A stretch of DNA of 64,000 bases from Isosphaeraceae bacterium. Its GTDB lineage: Bacteria > Planctomycetota > Planctomycetia > Isosphaerales > Isosphaeraceae. Made by a program: the position numbers and the translations under genes. Location: positions 2,930-66,929 of the forward strand of contig JBEKTN010000042.1 in assembly GCA_049516015.1 (NCBI GenBank). The letters are read 5' to 3'. How positions within the stretch are numbered: the stretch's first letter is position 1; the number at the start of each line of letters is the position of its first letter. The notes under the pieces are model-generated. The model saw nothing but the letters and a program-made list of their open reading frames with translations, ran no database searches and had not been told where the DNA came from. Shown one piece after another: positions 11,024 to 19,913 of this stretch.

Positions 11024-11383
11024 ATGGACGATCAGGCAACGAGTCGGGTTTTCCCTGGGACCGAGGCCGCAAGATTCCCGGAATCCCTGGGCTTCCGCAC
11101 GGGTTCGATGAGCGTCCATACCAGCCGCACGATGATGCTGGAGGAACTGGGCCTCGTGCTAGACCGTGTTCCACAGATCGCCAGGAAAGGCGAGTATGAA
11201 CTGGCAATCGTCGAGCAGAATGTAGTTGGCAAGCCAACCCGGTCGACGCGGCAAAGAACGGCCCAAAGATTATCCGAACTCTACGCGCTGGACCCCGCCT
11301 GCTCCGTGTTCCGCTTGCTCCGCATCTGCTGGAGCGTCGATCCGGCTGGGAGACCCATGCTGGCGTTCCTGGGGATCGAGTAG
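11024..11383 (+). pseudogene. Truncated BREX-associated-like hypothetical protein (N-terminal part)
   Basis: LGFRTG..SVHTSRTMMLEEL...AIVEQNVVGKPT.STRQRTAQRLSELYALDP resembles, from recall, the leading gene of BREX-type loci; it stops just before the integrase. Confidence 0.55.
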
Positions 11384-11447
11384 CAACGGAGCAGAAAACA
11401 ACGCTAAGCCGTCCAGCTTACTGGACAGCCCAGGGATGGGTGCATCC

Positions 11448-11975
11448 TCACCACTTGCGCTCGAACTCATCCTGGATGTGACCGTGAGTGAAGTTGAGAT
11501 AGATCCCCGTCGTCTGGAGACTGTCGTGGCCCAGGATCTTCTGCACCATCGGCAGGCTGATCCCCTTCTGCAAGGCCGTCGTGGCGAACGTGTGTCGCAG
11601 GACATGCGGGCTCACGTCCTTGGTGATCCCCGCGCGGTTGGCCACCGCCTTGACGATGTCCTGGGCACGCCGCGCCTTGACCGGGAACGCCTTCTCCAGC
11701 GCGAAGTGGTGCTCCAGGAGTGCCCACACGCGGTTGGACGTCGGCACCACGCGGACCTTGGTCTTCTTGCCGTACGGGACGCCCTTGCCCTTGACCCGGA
11801 GCTGGCGCTGCTGCCAGAGGACGTTCTTCGAAGTGAGGCCGCACAGCTCGCTGATGCCGAGCCCGGTGTCGAGCAGGGTCCAGACGACGAGCCGCTCGAT
11901 GGGTGTCTCGCAGGCGTTGCACAGGCGATCAGACTCGTCGGCGGTATGCGGTTCTCTCACGTATTGATACGGCAT
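11448..11975 (-). mobile_element. Minimal tyrosine recombinase/integrase (catalytic domain only)
   Basis: VKGKG, SPHVLRHTFAT, QKILGH, TTGIY; box I reads DTGLGISEL. Confidence 0.88.
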
Positions 11976-12197
11976 CTCCCACCCCCAAATTTGTGCGTCC
12001 TTGGGGTTGGAACACGCAGCCACTGCGCTTTCCAACTGCCAGGCTACCCGCACCGTTTGGGGCGCGAAAGGGGCCCTCGCCCGAGAAAACAAGGGAGATC
12101 GCCTCTCCGATCCGTTTCAGGGGTTGGGAGCCTGAGTGCGTGATCCGTAGCGGAAGACGAACCTGGTAAGTAGCGCAACACGCCGGTAACTGAGGCT

Positions 12198-13457
12198 TTA
12201 CCTTCCACCCCTGTTAGTTAACTCTCGTTGAGCTATCTTCTTGACTTCGGTACATCCAATTACATCATACCAATAGTCATATTGAAGACTTAATGGATCG
12301 CCCTTGAATAAGTCTTCGCCTTCGACGGTTTCTGGGAAGCTCGCAATAAGTTTGAGATCATCGTCACGTATCCGGGATCCCTCTGTTAAGAGTAGTCGTT
12401 TCAAGGAGGATATCGCTGCTTTAGCGTAATCTCCGCCTCGTGCAAGGAAGATAAGGCCAGAGGCTCCCGCGACCCCGCTTCGTTCCAGCGCTGCAACGTC
12501 TCCTAAGGCGGTTGCCCATAGAAGCAGTTCTTTATCATTCCGCGGCCGATATCCCAAGCTGCGGAGTCAATTGGCTGCGTATTCTCGTTGCCCACGCGCC
12601 GGATCGGCCAGTTGCTCGACCAGACGATCAATCAGGACTGAAGAATTTCGCCTCAGCAGGCCGGTCGGATCAACGCTTTGGAGCACTCGGGTGACCAACT
12701 TTGTCTGCCATGGGTCGCCGCTGGGCGACGATCGGAACATCCGGATCGCAATTGCTTCATCATTCACGCCGAGCTTTCTTAGCGCGCAAAGCACCGCATT
12801 GACATGGATCGGGTCTGCAGCGTAGGCGGAGGAAACGGTCTCGACGCTATTGAACAGACTGTTAATCGCACGCAAATCCCCGAAGTCACCTAGCAGGACT
12901 GCCGCCTGTTCTCTCACGTAGTACGAGTTGTGGCCTTCCGCGCAGGCACAAGCGAACGCGAACAAGCGTGCGTCGTCCAAGCCGAATCTCCCAATCGCCG
13001 CAAGGAAAGCGCCCCCCATTTCGTGAAAAGGCCCACCAAAATGATAAACAGCGCGCGGCATCAGGCGCACGATCGGTTCGAGAGCGGCGCGGTCTCCGAT
13101 TTTCCCCAAACATTCCACCACGATGCCTACGAACTTACTATGATGCCGCATCAGATCTCCCGATGCAGAGCTACACTTGTAGTCATAATTTGCCTCAAGG
13201 ATCGCAATTAGCACTGGGATCGCCCGTTTGTCCGCAATCTTGCCCAAGGCTTCAACCACGGCTTCCTCGACCAAACCCGCCTGCGTTCCAGCCGCAAGCC
13301 ATCGCCTCAGGACGTCTGTCAATGCGCCAGTGGCGCGGGCATCCCTTAGCTCTCCGAGGGCTTTTGCAGCCCGCAGCCGGTGTTCCCATTTCGCCGAGGC
13401 CAGTCGATGTATGTGGTATGCAGGATCCTTAAATAGGAAGAGTTTTATCAGAGGCAA
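12198..13457 (-). pseudogene. HEAT-repeat (PBS lyase-like) protein interrupted by an in-frame TGA at 12567-12569
   Basis: RLRAAKALGELRDARA, EALGKIADKRAIPVLI, VREQAAVLLGDFGDLRA repeats; the two listed ORFs are in the same frame; lower GC than the flanks. Confidence 0.7.
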
Positions 13458-13930
13458 CGTGGCGCGCAGGTTCTCCTTCTTCTCCCTGTCCAAGCGAGTC
13501 AGTGAATTGCCGCGATCATGTGACCAGAGTCTTGATTGGCACCCTTGACATACGGGAACATGGAATAAGTCTCGATTTCCGCATGATGACGGCCCTGGAG
13601 CTCGATCGCCAGACCCAGTGCGTCGGATTGAGTCTGTAGGCAACAACGTCAATGTCTCTCACTGGGCTGGTCTGAAGCAAGAGCTTCTGCGACTTTGATC
13701 TTCGCCGGAGTTCTGAAAACTGTCGGCCAGCTATCCTTGTTGACCTGGACAGAGAGGCAGTTCGCATTCCCAGGCAGCAGACGCACTCAGGCGCGGACCG
13801 GCCTTGGCGGCTGGTGGGTGGCGGGGCCCCTCGGAGCGCCGGTACTGTGAAGGGACCTGGAAGCAGGCTGCGAAGCGTGCGCAGGGGTTCCCGTGCGACG
13901 GCTTTGCGCCACGGTCACGGCTTTTTTTTC

Positions 13931-16093
13931 ATGCTTGACTTCAGCCGGTTCTCCCTGAGCAACATGGTCGAGTGTGGGAGCGCCCTGCGCTCGCTGGGGG
14001 ATCGTGCCGGCAGCATGGAGGAGGTGGCCGGACGGATCGTCGCGCGACTCGACGACTGGTTTCGCGTTCCCGAGACCGGTGAGCCGGCTTGCGTGCTGGT
14101 TCGCCTGTTCAAGACCCACGTGTACCAGCACCTGCCCGTCGAGTTGCAGACGATCGCACGCGAGCAGATGGCGCCCGCCTCGCCCGACCCGGAGACCCGA
14201 TGCTTGACGCTGCTGGGTACGACCGGCCTGCTGCCCGAATGGCAGACGCGGTCGCGATCGAAGGGGCACCGGGTGATCCCCCTGCCCAGCGTCGAGGTGA
14301 TGACGCGGTTCCCGATGATCATCCAACTGGTCCGGCAGCTCGGCCTGGAGGTCGGCTCGATGGTGCACCGATCGCCGACGTTGCTGGTGGACTGGGAGCA
14401 GCGGACGTTCAATGTGTTCCACGTCCCGGAGGCGGTCGGCAGTCCCGACATCCCGGCCCAGGCGGAGTTCGTCATCCCCCACGGCGTCCGGTCGGTGCTC
14501 GGTTTCGGCGGCATGCTCCCCGGCCGCGACCTGTTCGCGGTGATCCTGTTCTCGCGGGTGCCGATCCCGCGGAGCACGGCCGAGCTATTCCAGCCGCTGG
14601 CCCTCTGCGTGAAGATCGCCCTGTTGCCATTCGTCAACGGCCCGGTTTTCACGGCGAACGCCGCAACGCCCGTGGCGGCCGCGTCGATCGTCGGCGAGGC
14701 CGAGACCCAGGCCTCACGGATCGCGGCGCTGGAGCAACTGCTGGAGGTGGCCGAGCCGACGATCCTGGAACAGTCCACCCAGCTCGAACAGGCTCTGGCC
14801 GAGGCACGGAACCTGCTCGAATCGGCGGCCGACGCCATCGTGATCGCCGGCGGCGACGGGCGCATCGTCCGGCTCAATCGGCAGGCCGAGCGGATGTTCG
14901 GCTATACCCGCGAGACGTTGCTCGGGCAACCGGTGGAAGTGCTGATCCCCGAGCCGCTACGTGCGCGCCATGAGCTCATGCGCCGGGCATACGTCGAGCA
15001 ACCGCCCCCCCGCAAGGCACTCGTTGGCCTGGAGGTCGCCACCCGGCATCAGAGCGGTGCGGAAATCCCCACCGAGCTGACCCTCAGCCCCCTGGAGACC
15101 GCCCGGGGATTGCTCCTGATCGTGATCCTCCGCGACATCACCGAGCGGAGGCGTGCCGAGGAACGCCTGAGGCGGCAGAACATCCTCCTGGAAGAAATCG
15201 CCCGTTCCGAGCGTGCCGCCCACGAGGCACTCAAGCAGTTGGAGAGCCAGATGGTGCAGTCCGAGAAGCTGGCCGCCCTCGGGCGCATGGTCGCGGGCGT
15301 GGCCCACGAGATCAACAATCCACTGGCCTTTGTCCGCAACAACCTGGCGATCTTGCAACGCGATCTGGGCCACCTGCGCGACCTGATCCAGCTCTACCAG
15401 GAAGCGGACAAATCGCTCGACCAATCGCGGCCCGAGCTGCTGGCTCGGATCCGAGCCCTGGCCGAGCACATGGACTTGGCCTACACCCTGATGAACGTCG
15501 AGAGCCTGGCCGCACGTTCCACCGAGGGTCTGAAGCGGATCGAGCAGATCGTCAAAGATCTACGCGACTTCGCCCGGTTGCACGAGGCCGAACGGAAGGA
15601 GATCGACCTCAACGAGAGCATCGCGACTACCGTGGAGATCGCGTGGGTGGCCGCCCGGCAGAAGCAGGTGGAGATTGTGACCGATCTGGAACCGTTGCGC
15701 CACATCACCTGCTATCCGGCCAAGCTCAACCAGGTCGTCCTCAACTTGCTGACCAACGCCATCGATGCCAGCCCACAAGGCGGCACGGTCACGATCCGCA
15801 CCCGGTTGGACCCTGAAGGGGGAGTGACGCTGGCGGTGATCGACGCCGGAAAGGGGATCGATCCCTCTATCCGCGACAGGATCTTCGAGCCGTTCTTCAC
15901 GACCAAGCAGGTCGGCCAGGGGACGGGTCTGGGGCTGTCGATCGTCTACGGGATCGTGCAATTGCACGGTGGCCGGATCGAGTTCGAATCCGAGCCCGAC
16001 CGGGGGACGCAGTTCACGGTCCACCTCCCTCTGGTGTCCCCCGACCCCACGCCGGAGCGGCCGGATGGTTCGGGTGGGATCACAATGTCCTGA
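13931..16093 (+). CDS. PAS-containing NtrB-like sensor histidine kinase with an uncharacterised N-terminal domain
   Basis: [22 protein letters not shown]-box, [26 protein letters not shown]. Confidence 0.92.
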   Translation: MLDFSRFSLSNMVECGSALRSLGDRAGSMEEVAGRIVARLDDWFRVPETGEPACVLVRLFKTHVYQHLPVELQTIAREQMAPASPDPETRCLTLLGTTGLLPEWQTRSRSKGHRVIPLPSVEVMTRFPMIIQLVRQLGLEVGSMVHRSPTLLVDWEQRTFNVFHVPEAVGSPDIPAQAEFVIPHGVRSVLGFGGMLPGRDLFAVILFSRVPIPRSTAELFQPLALCVKIALLPFVNGPVFTANAATPVAAASIVGEAETQASRIAALEQLLEVAEPTILEQSTQLEQALAEARNLLESAADAIVIAGGDGRIVRLNRQAERMFGYTRETLLGQPVEVLIPEPLRARHELMRRAYVEQPPPRKALVGLEVATRHQSGAEIPTELTLSPLETARGLLLIVILRDITERRRAEERLRRQNILLEEIARSERAAHEALKQLESQMVQSEKLAALGRMVAGVAHEINNPLAFVRNNLAILQRDLGHLRDLIQLYQEADKSLDQSRPELLARIRALAEHMDLAYTLMNVESLAARSTEGLKRIEQIVKDLRDFARLHEAERKEIDLNESIATTVEIAWVAARQKQVEIVTDLEPLRHITCYPAKLNQVVLNLLTNAIDASPQGGTVTIRTRLDPEGGVTLAVIDAGKGIDPSIRDRIFEPFFTTKQVGQGTGLGLSIVYGIVQLHGGRIEFESEPDRGTQFTVHLPLVSPDPTPERPDGSGGITMS

Positions 16094-16271
16094 AGCGCCG
16101 ACCTCCGGCCATGCGCCCCGGCGGGCTTCGAGCGATCCGGCATGCCTACAGACCCTGTCCCTCGCTTCTTGAGCCTTGTCCTGCAGGGCCTCCGGTCCCC
16201 CGGGAAGCCGGGTGATGACCAGCCACGGGCCGCTCGACTGGCCAACCCGGGATGACGACGGGCACGGGACC

Positions 16272-16437
16272 GGGGAAGCCCAAAGGGGACATTGGGAAGC
16301 CCAAAGGGGGCATTGCTATTCGCGGCGGAAGGCTAGAGAATCTAGGACAAATGCAAATCTGCCCAGACCACCTATTCAACCGCGGGCAATAGCAATGTCC
16401 GCTTTGGCTTCCCCCCAATGTCCCCTTTGGCTTCCCC
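16272..16437. repeat. MITE/REP-like element with doubled terminal inverted repeats
   Basis: Left gggaagcccaaagggg(a/g)catt twice, right aatgtcc(g/c)ctttggcttcccc twice; inner cattgctatt/aatagcaatg are complementary. Confidence 0.85.
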
Positions 16438-16485
16438 TTCTCAGTATGTCGTGAGATCTCGAGAGCCATTTGGTGGTTCTCGATT

Positions 16486-16580
16486 CCCGTCGCACCACTT
16501 CGTGGCCAACGCTCGGAGAAACAGCCTGCCTAGACGCTCGACATGGGTCCTTCATGCGTTATGATGAATGGAAATGCACT
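16486..16580 (+). repeat. Copy B of the ~95-bp direct repeat; probable promoter of the TA operon
   Basis: Aligns with 10864-10960; ends 20 bp before the DUF433 start. Confidence 0.85.
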
Positions 16581-16600
16581 GCACGCGAGGAGCGAATCTC

Positions 16601-16831
16601 ATGACTCTGAAATGGCAAGATTACATTGAGGAACGTCAGGACGTGATGGTGGGCAAGCCCGTTTTCAAAGGGACTCGCCTTACTGTCGAGTTCATCTTGA
16701 AGCAAATCGGGGCCGGCATGACCCACGAAGCGCTGCTCGATCAGTACCCGACTCTCAAACCCGAACATCTTCGCTCCGCCATGCTTTATGCGGCCGACGT
16801 CGTGTCGATGGATCAATCGATTTATCAGTGA
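16601..16831 (+). CDS. DUF433 putative antitoxin
   Basis: VMVGKPVFKGTRLTVEFIL...LLDQYPTL...AMLYA; GAGGAG SD. Confidence 0.92.
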   Translation: MTLKWQDYIEERQDVMVGKPVFKGTRLTVEFILKQIGAGMTHEALLDQYPTLKPEHLRSAMLYAADVVSMDQSIYQ

Positions 16832-16843
16832 TACGCAGGAAGC

Positions 16844-17206
16844 ATGCGAATCCTTGCGGACGAAAATGTTGCGCGAGACATCGTGGCTTGGCTGCGAAGC
16901 AGCGGGCACGACGTGCTGTTCGCCGCAGAGATCGAGCCTGGCGCGGCCGACATCCGCTGGGCGGAACGTGCCGAACGGGAACAACGTGTCATCCTGACCT
17001 TCGACAAGGACTTTGGCGAGTTGGTGTTTCGAAGCGGACTTACCAGGCACGGCGTCGTGCTGCTGCGCCTCGACAACCTGCCAGTCACGGCAATCCTGGC
17101 ACGTCTTCAAGACGTCTGGTCCGTCGTTGAGGCCAATCCGGCCCGCCGGTTCATCGTGATCACGGAAAAGAGAGTCAGAGTTCGTGCCATGCCTACCACG
17201 CGGTAG
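16844..17206 (+). CDS. DUF5615 PIN-like putative toxin
   Basis: MRILADEN...GHDV...RVILTFDKDFGELVF...GVVLLRL. Confidence 0.9.
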   Translation: MRILADENVARDIVAWLRSSGHDVLFAAEIEPGAADIRWAERAEREQRVILTFDKDFGELVFRSGLTRHGVVLLRLDNLPVTAILARLQDVWSVVEANPARRFIVITEKRVRVRAMPTTR

Positions 17207-17431
17207 CCGGGACGTAACCCGCTCGATCGCCGCGCCGCACGCTATTCCGCCCGCTGTTTTCATCCTCCATCACCCAGGCGTCAGCCAATCCGCCTTCTCA
17301 GACTTGACCGGTTTTGCTAGGTTTCGTCATGTCACAGTAAAACGTCGAAATAGGTTCGGGGCTGGTTGGGTCGTGACCGATCAGCTCTGAGCCCCGCGCA
17401 GTTCAGTCAGGCACGGAAGCGAGACTCGACC

Positions 17432-18691
17432 ATGCGGATCTTCATCTCGGCCGGCGAGCCCAGCGGCGACTTGCACGGCGCAAATCTGATCGAAGCCCTC
17501 CGCGCGCGGCTGCCAGAGGCCGAGTTTGTCGGCTTCGGCGGCCCGAAGATGAGCGCGACCGGGGCGAAGCTGCTCTATCCCCTGGTCAACCTGGCGATCA
17601 TGTGGTTCCTCAACGTGTTTCTCAACATCCTCACGTTCATCCGCCTGATCTTCCGCGCCGATCGCTACTTCCGCGACCAGAAGCCGGACGCCGTGATCCT
17701 CATCGATTACCCCGGGCTGCACTGGTGGATCGCCAAGCGCGCCAGGGCGCGGGGGATCCCGGTGTTTTACTACGTCCCACCGCAGCTCTGGGCCTGGGCC
17801 GGCTGGCGCGTCAAGAAGGTGCAGCGGACCGTGGACCTGGTGCTTTGCAGCCTGCCATTCGAGCCCGACTGGTACAGAGCACGCGGCGTCAGTCAGGCCG
17901 AGTACGTCGGCCACCCGTTCTTCGACGAGCTCACCGAGCGGGAGCTCGATGAGGCCTTTCTAACCCAGGTGAAAGCCAACGCTCATCTGGGCCCGCTGGT
18001 GGCGATCCTGCCTGGCTCGCGGACCCAGGAACTGACCCGCAACCTGCCGATTCTGGTCCGCGCCGCCGCGAAGCTGGCGCGGCAGCGACCTGCGACGAGG
18101 TTCGCCGTGGCCTGTCTGCACGAACGCCACCGGGCGCTCGCCGAGCAGATCATCAGGGCCAATACCCGCGGAGCGGAGGGTCAGTCCGCGCTCCGGATCG
18201 AGGTGTTCGCCGCGCGGACCCCTGAGCTGATCCGGATCGCCGACGTGGCCTGGGCCGTTTCCGGCTCGGTCAGCCTGGAACTGATGGTGGAAGCCCTGCC
18301 CACGGTGATCCTCTACAAGCTCAACCGGTTCGACCTCTGGATCGCCCGCCCGTTCATCAAGGCAAAGTACATCACTCTGGTCAACTTGCTGGCCGACGAA
18401 GAGCTGATGCCCGAATACCTCACCGAGCGGGATGTCTCGGATGAGCTGTCCGGCTGGGCCCGCACCTGGCTCGACGACCCGGTTGCCCGGGCCCGGGCAA
18501 CCGCCAATCTCGCCGCGTTGCGGCATCGGGTCGCCCGGCCGGGCGCCTCCCAGCGCGCCGCCGACCGCATCGTCGCGTGGCTGCGCGAGCATGCCCCTGG
18601 CACCTCGACCGGTGCTTCCATGTATCGCGGGCCACATGAATCGGCCTCACGCACGGGTCACATCGTGGAACTTCCGGACCTCATGGAATGA
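17432..18691 (+). CDS. lpxB: Lipid-A-disaccharide synthase
   Basis: ISAGEPSGDLHG, LIDYPG, YYVPPQLWAW, YVGHP, LPGSR. Confidence 0.95.
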   Translation: MRIFISAGEPSGDLHGANLIEALRARLPEAEFVGFGGPKMSATGAKLLYPLVNLAIMWFLNVFLNILTFIRLIFRADRYFRDQKPDAVILIDYPGLHWWIAKRARARGIPVFYYVPPQLWAWAGWRVKKVQRTVDLVLCSLPFEPDWYRARGVSQAEYVGHPFFDELTERELDEAFLTQVKANAHLGPLVAILPGSRTQELTRNLPILVRAAAKLARQRPATRFAVACLHERHRALAEQIIRANTRGAEGQSALRIEVFAARTPELIRIADVAWAVSGSVSLELMVEALPTVILYKLNRFDLWIARPFIKAKYITLVNLLADEELMPEYLTERDVSDELSGWARTWLDDPVARARATANLAALRHRVARPGASQRAADRIVAWLREHAPGTSTGASMYRGPHESASRTGHIVELPDLME

Positions 18692-18854
18692 GACCTCTCG
18701 CTCGACTCAATCATCGCGTCGAGAGTCCCGCCCTGGGCTGGTGAGAAGTTGGTGTTGACCGAGCTGGAGGGACGGTTTCGAGACGCGTGTTTTTGTTGCG
18801 CGCGATGGAATGGCGTCGCGAGCGAGCGATCCCTTTCCCCCCCTTGCGAAGGGA

Positions 18855-19103
18855 GATCACGGTGTCGTGCTGGTGCATCTCGCGGCTGGCGAGCTTGTAA
18901 GGCTTGGTCACCCGGATCAACTCGAGGACGCCGGGAAGCACCTCGAGGTTGCGGGAATCGATCGTCCCGGTATTGCCCGTGATGCCGATCGCCGTCCGCG
19001 TGGGTCCGGGCATCGCATGCGGCGTCAGGCCCATCTCGAGAATTGCTTCCAGAACCCGATCGATCTGGACCGGCGTGGCATGGCTCTGCATCACAACAAG
19101 CAT
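18855..19103 (-). pseudogene. N-terminal regulatory domain of a type I-beta DAHP synthase, truncated
   Basis: MLVVMQ..AT..QIDRV...RTAIGITGN...LPGV....VTKPYKLASRE..DTVI, then runs into a REP-like hairpin at 18828-18858. Confidence 0.8.
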
Positions 19104-19110
19104 GGTCCTA

Positions 19111-19680
19111 TTACCCGGAGACTGCGGCCTGGTTTTCAAGGACCATTCTAAGGTAGGACCTTGGTTCCACTGCCGTCAAACCGAGCGTGCCGGCGAGGGT
19201 GAGGACGGCCTGCTGGGCGGCAGGGAGATCGGCCTCGCCGCTGGCGATCGCTTCGATCTCGGCGAATGGACCCAGGCCCTCGGCCGTGTCGAGGGCAATT
19301 TCCAGCTCGTGCTCGTGGAATGTCAGGTGGAAGCTCTCGCGTCGCTTGCGGACTGTGGCGACCGGGCGGAATCCGAGGTTCTCGAGCAGTTTGAGCAGCC
19401 GGCGGAACTCGTCGGGGCCCTCCGCCACGGCGATCTCGATCTCCTCGCGGGTCTTGGTTGGCCCGGAGCGGCGCGGTCCTTTGTAAGTGAGCCGATTTTC
19501 CTGTCCGAGCCGGCGGATGCGAAAGGCCTCACCGGTCTGGGCGAAGTCGCGCGCCGGGTGGTTCAGGTAAATGTCTTCGTGGTCGACCGCCTCGCCAGCG
19601 ACGGCCCCCATCTGTACCAGACGTTGCACCAGGTGGTCGTGATCGACCGCCCGATACTTCACCTCCACTTCAAAGCTCAT
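19111..19680 (-). CDS. cyaB: Class IV adenylate cyclase / CYTH-domain protein
   Basis: EVEVK, RIR, LTYKGP, REEIE, VRKRRE, LGPFAEIE, SYL. Confidence 0.85.
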   Translation of the reverse strand: MSFEVEVKYRAVDHDHLVQRLVQMGAVAGEAVDHEDIYLNHPARDFAQTGEAFRIRRLGQENRLTYKGPRRSGPTKTREEIEIAVAEGPDEFRRLLKLLENLGFRPVATVRKRRESFHLTFHEHELEIALDTAEGLGPFAEIEAIASGEADLPAAQQAVLTLAGTLGLTAVEPRSYLRMVLENQAAVSG

Positions 19681-19913
19681 GGGTGCAGCCTAAATCGACG
19701 ATTGCCCGACGTCAACGTTGTGACCCTGGCGGCGAGGTGTCGATGCGGATTCCCCTGAATATTCCCCTTCGCCGGCGAATACACGTCAAATACCGGGGGC
19801 CGAACGACCCTCACGAGCCTGGCGATCAGGTAAACTGCGAGAGACTGACACACTCTGCGGATTGTTTCGATCCGAGCAGTCTTCACGCGTTCGTTCACCG
19901 AAGGAGCTGAGTC

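Noticed and set aside
12100-12197. Possible integron attC between the HEAT gene and the integrase
   Set aside because: No RYYYAAC...GTTRRRY stem, and the integrase lacks the IntI-specific insertion
12560-12569. Selenocysteine readthrough at the HEAT-gene TGA
   Set aside because: No redox motif context and no evident SECIS hairpin downstream
16272-16437. Short repeated units considered as a mini CRISPR array
   Set aside because: Units are abutting and inverted, with no spacers and no cas genes
16470-16497. tRNA-like 3' end (ggttctcgattcccgtcgcacca)
   Set aside because: No D-arm, anticodon arm or matching acceptor 5' strand; at most an att relic
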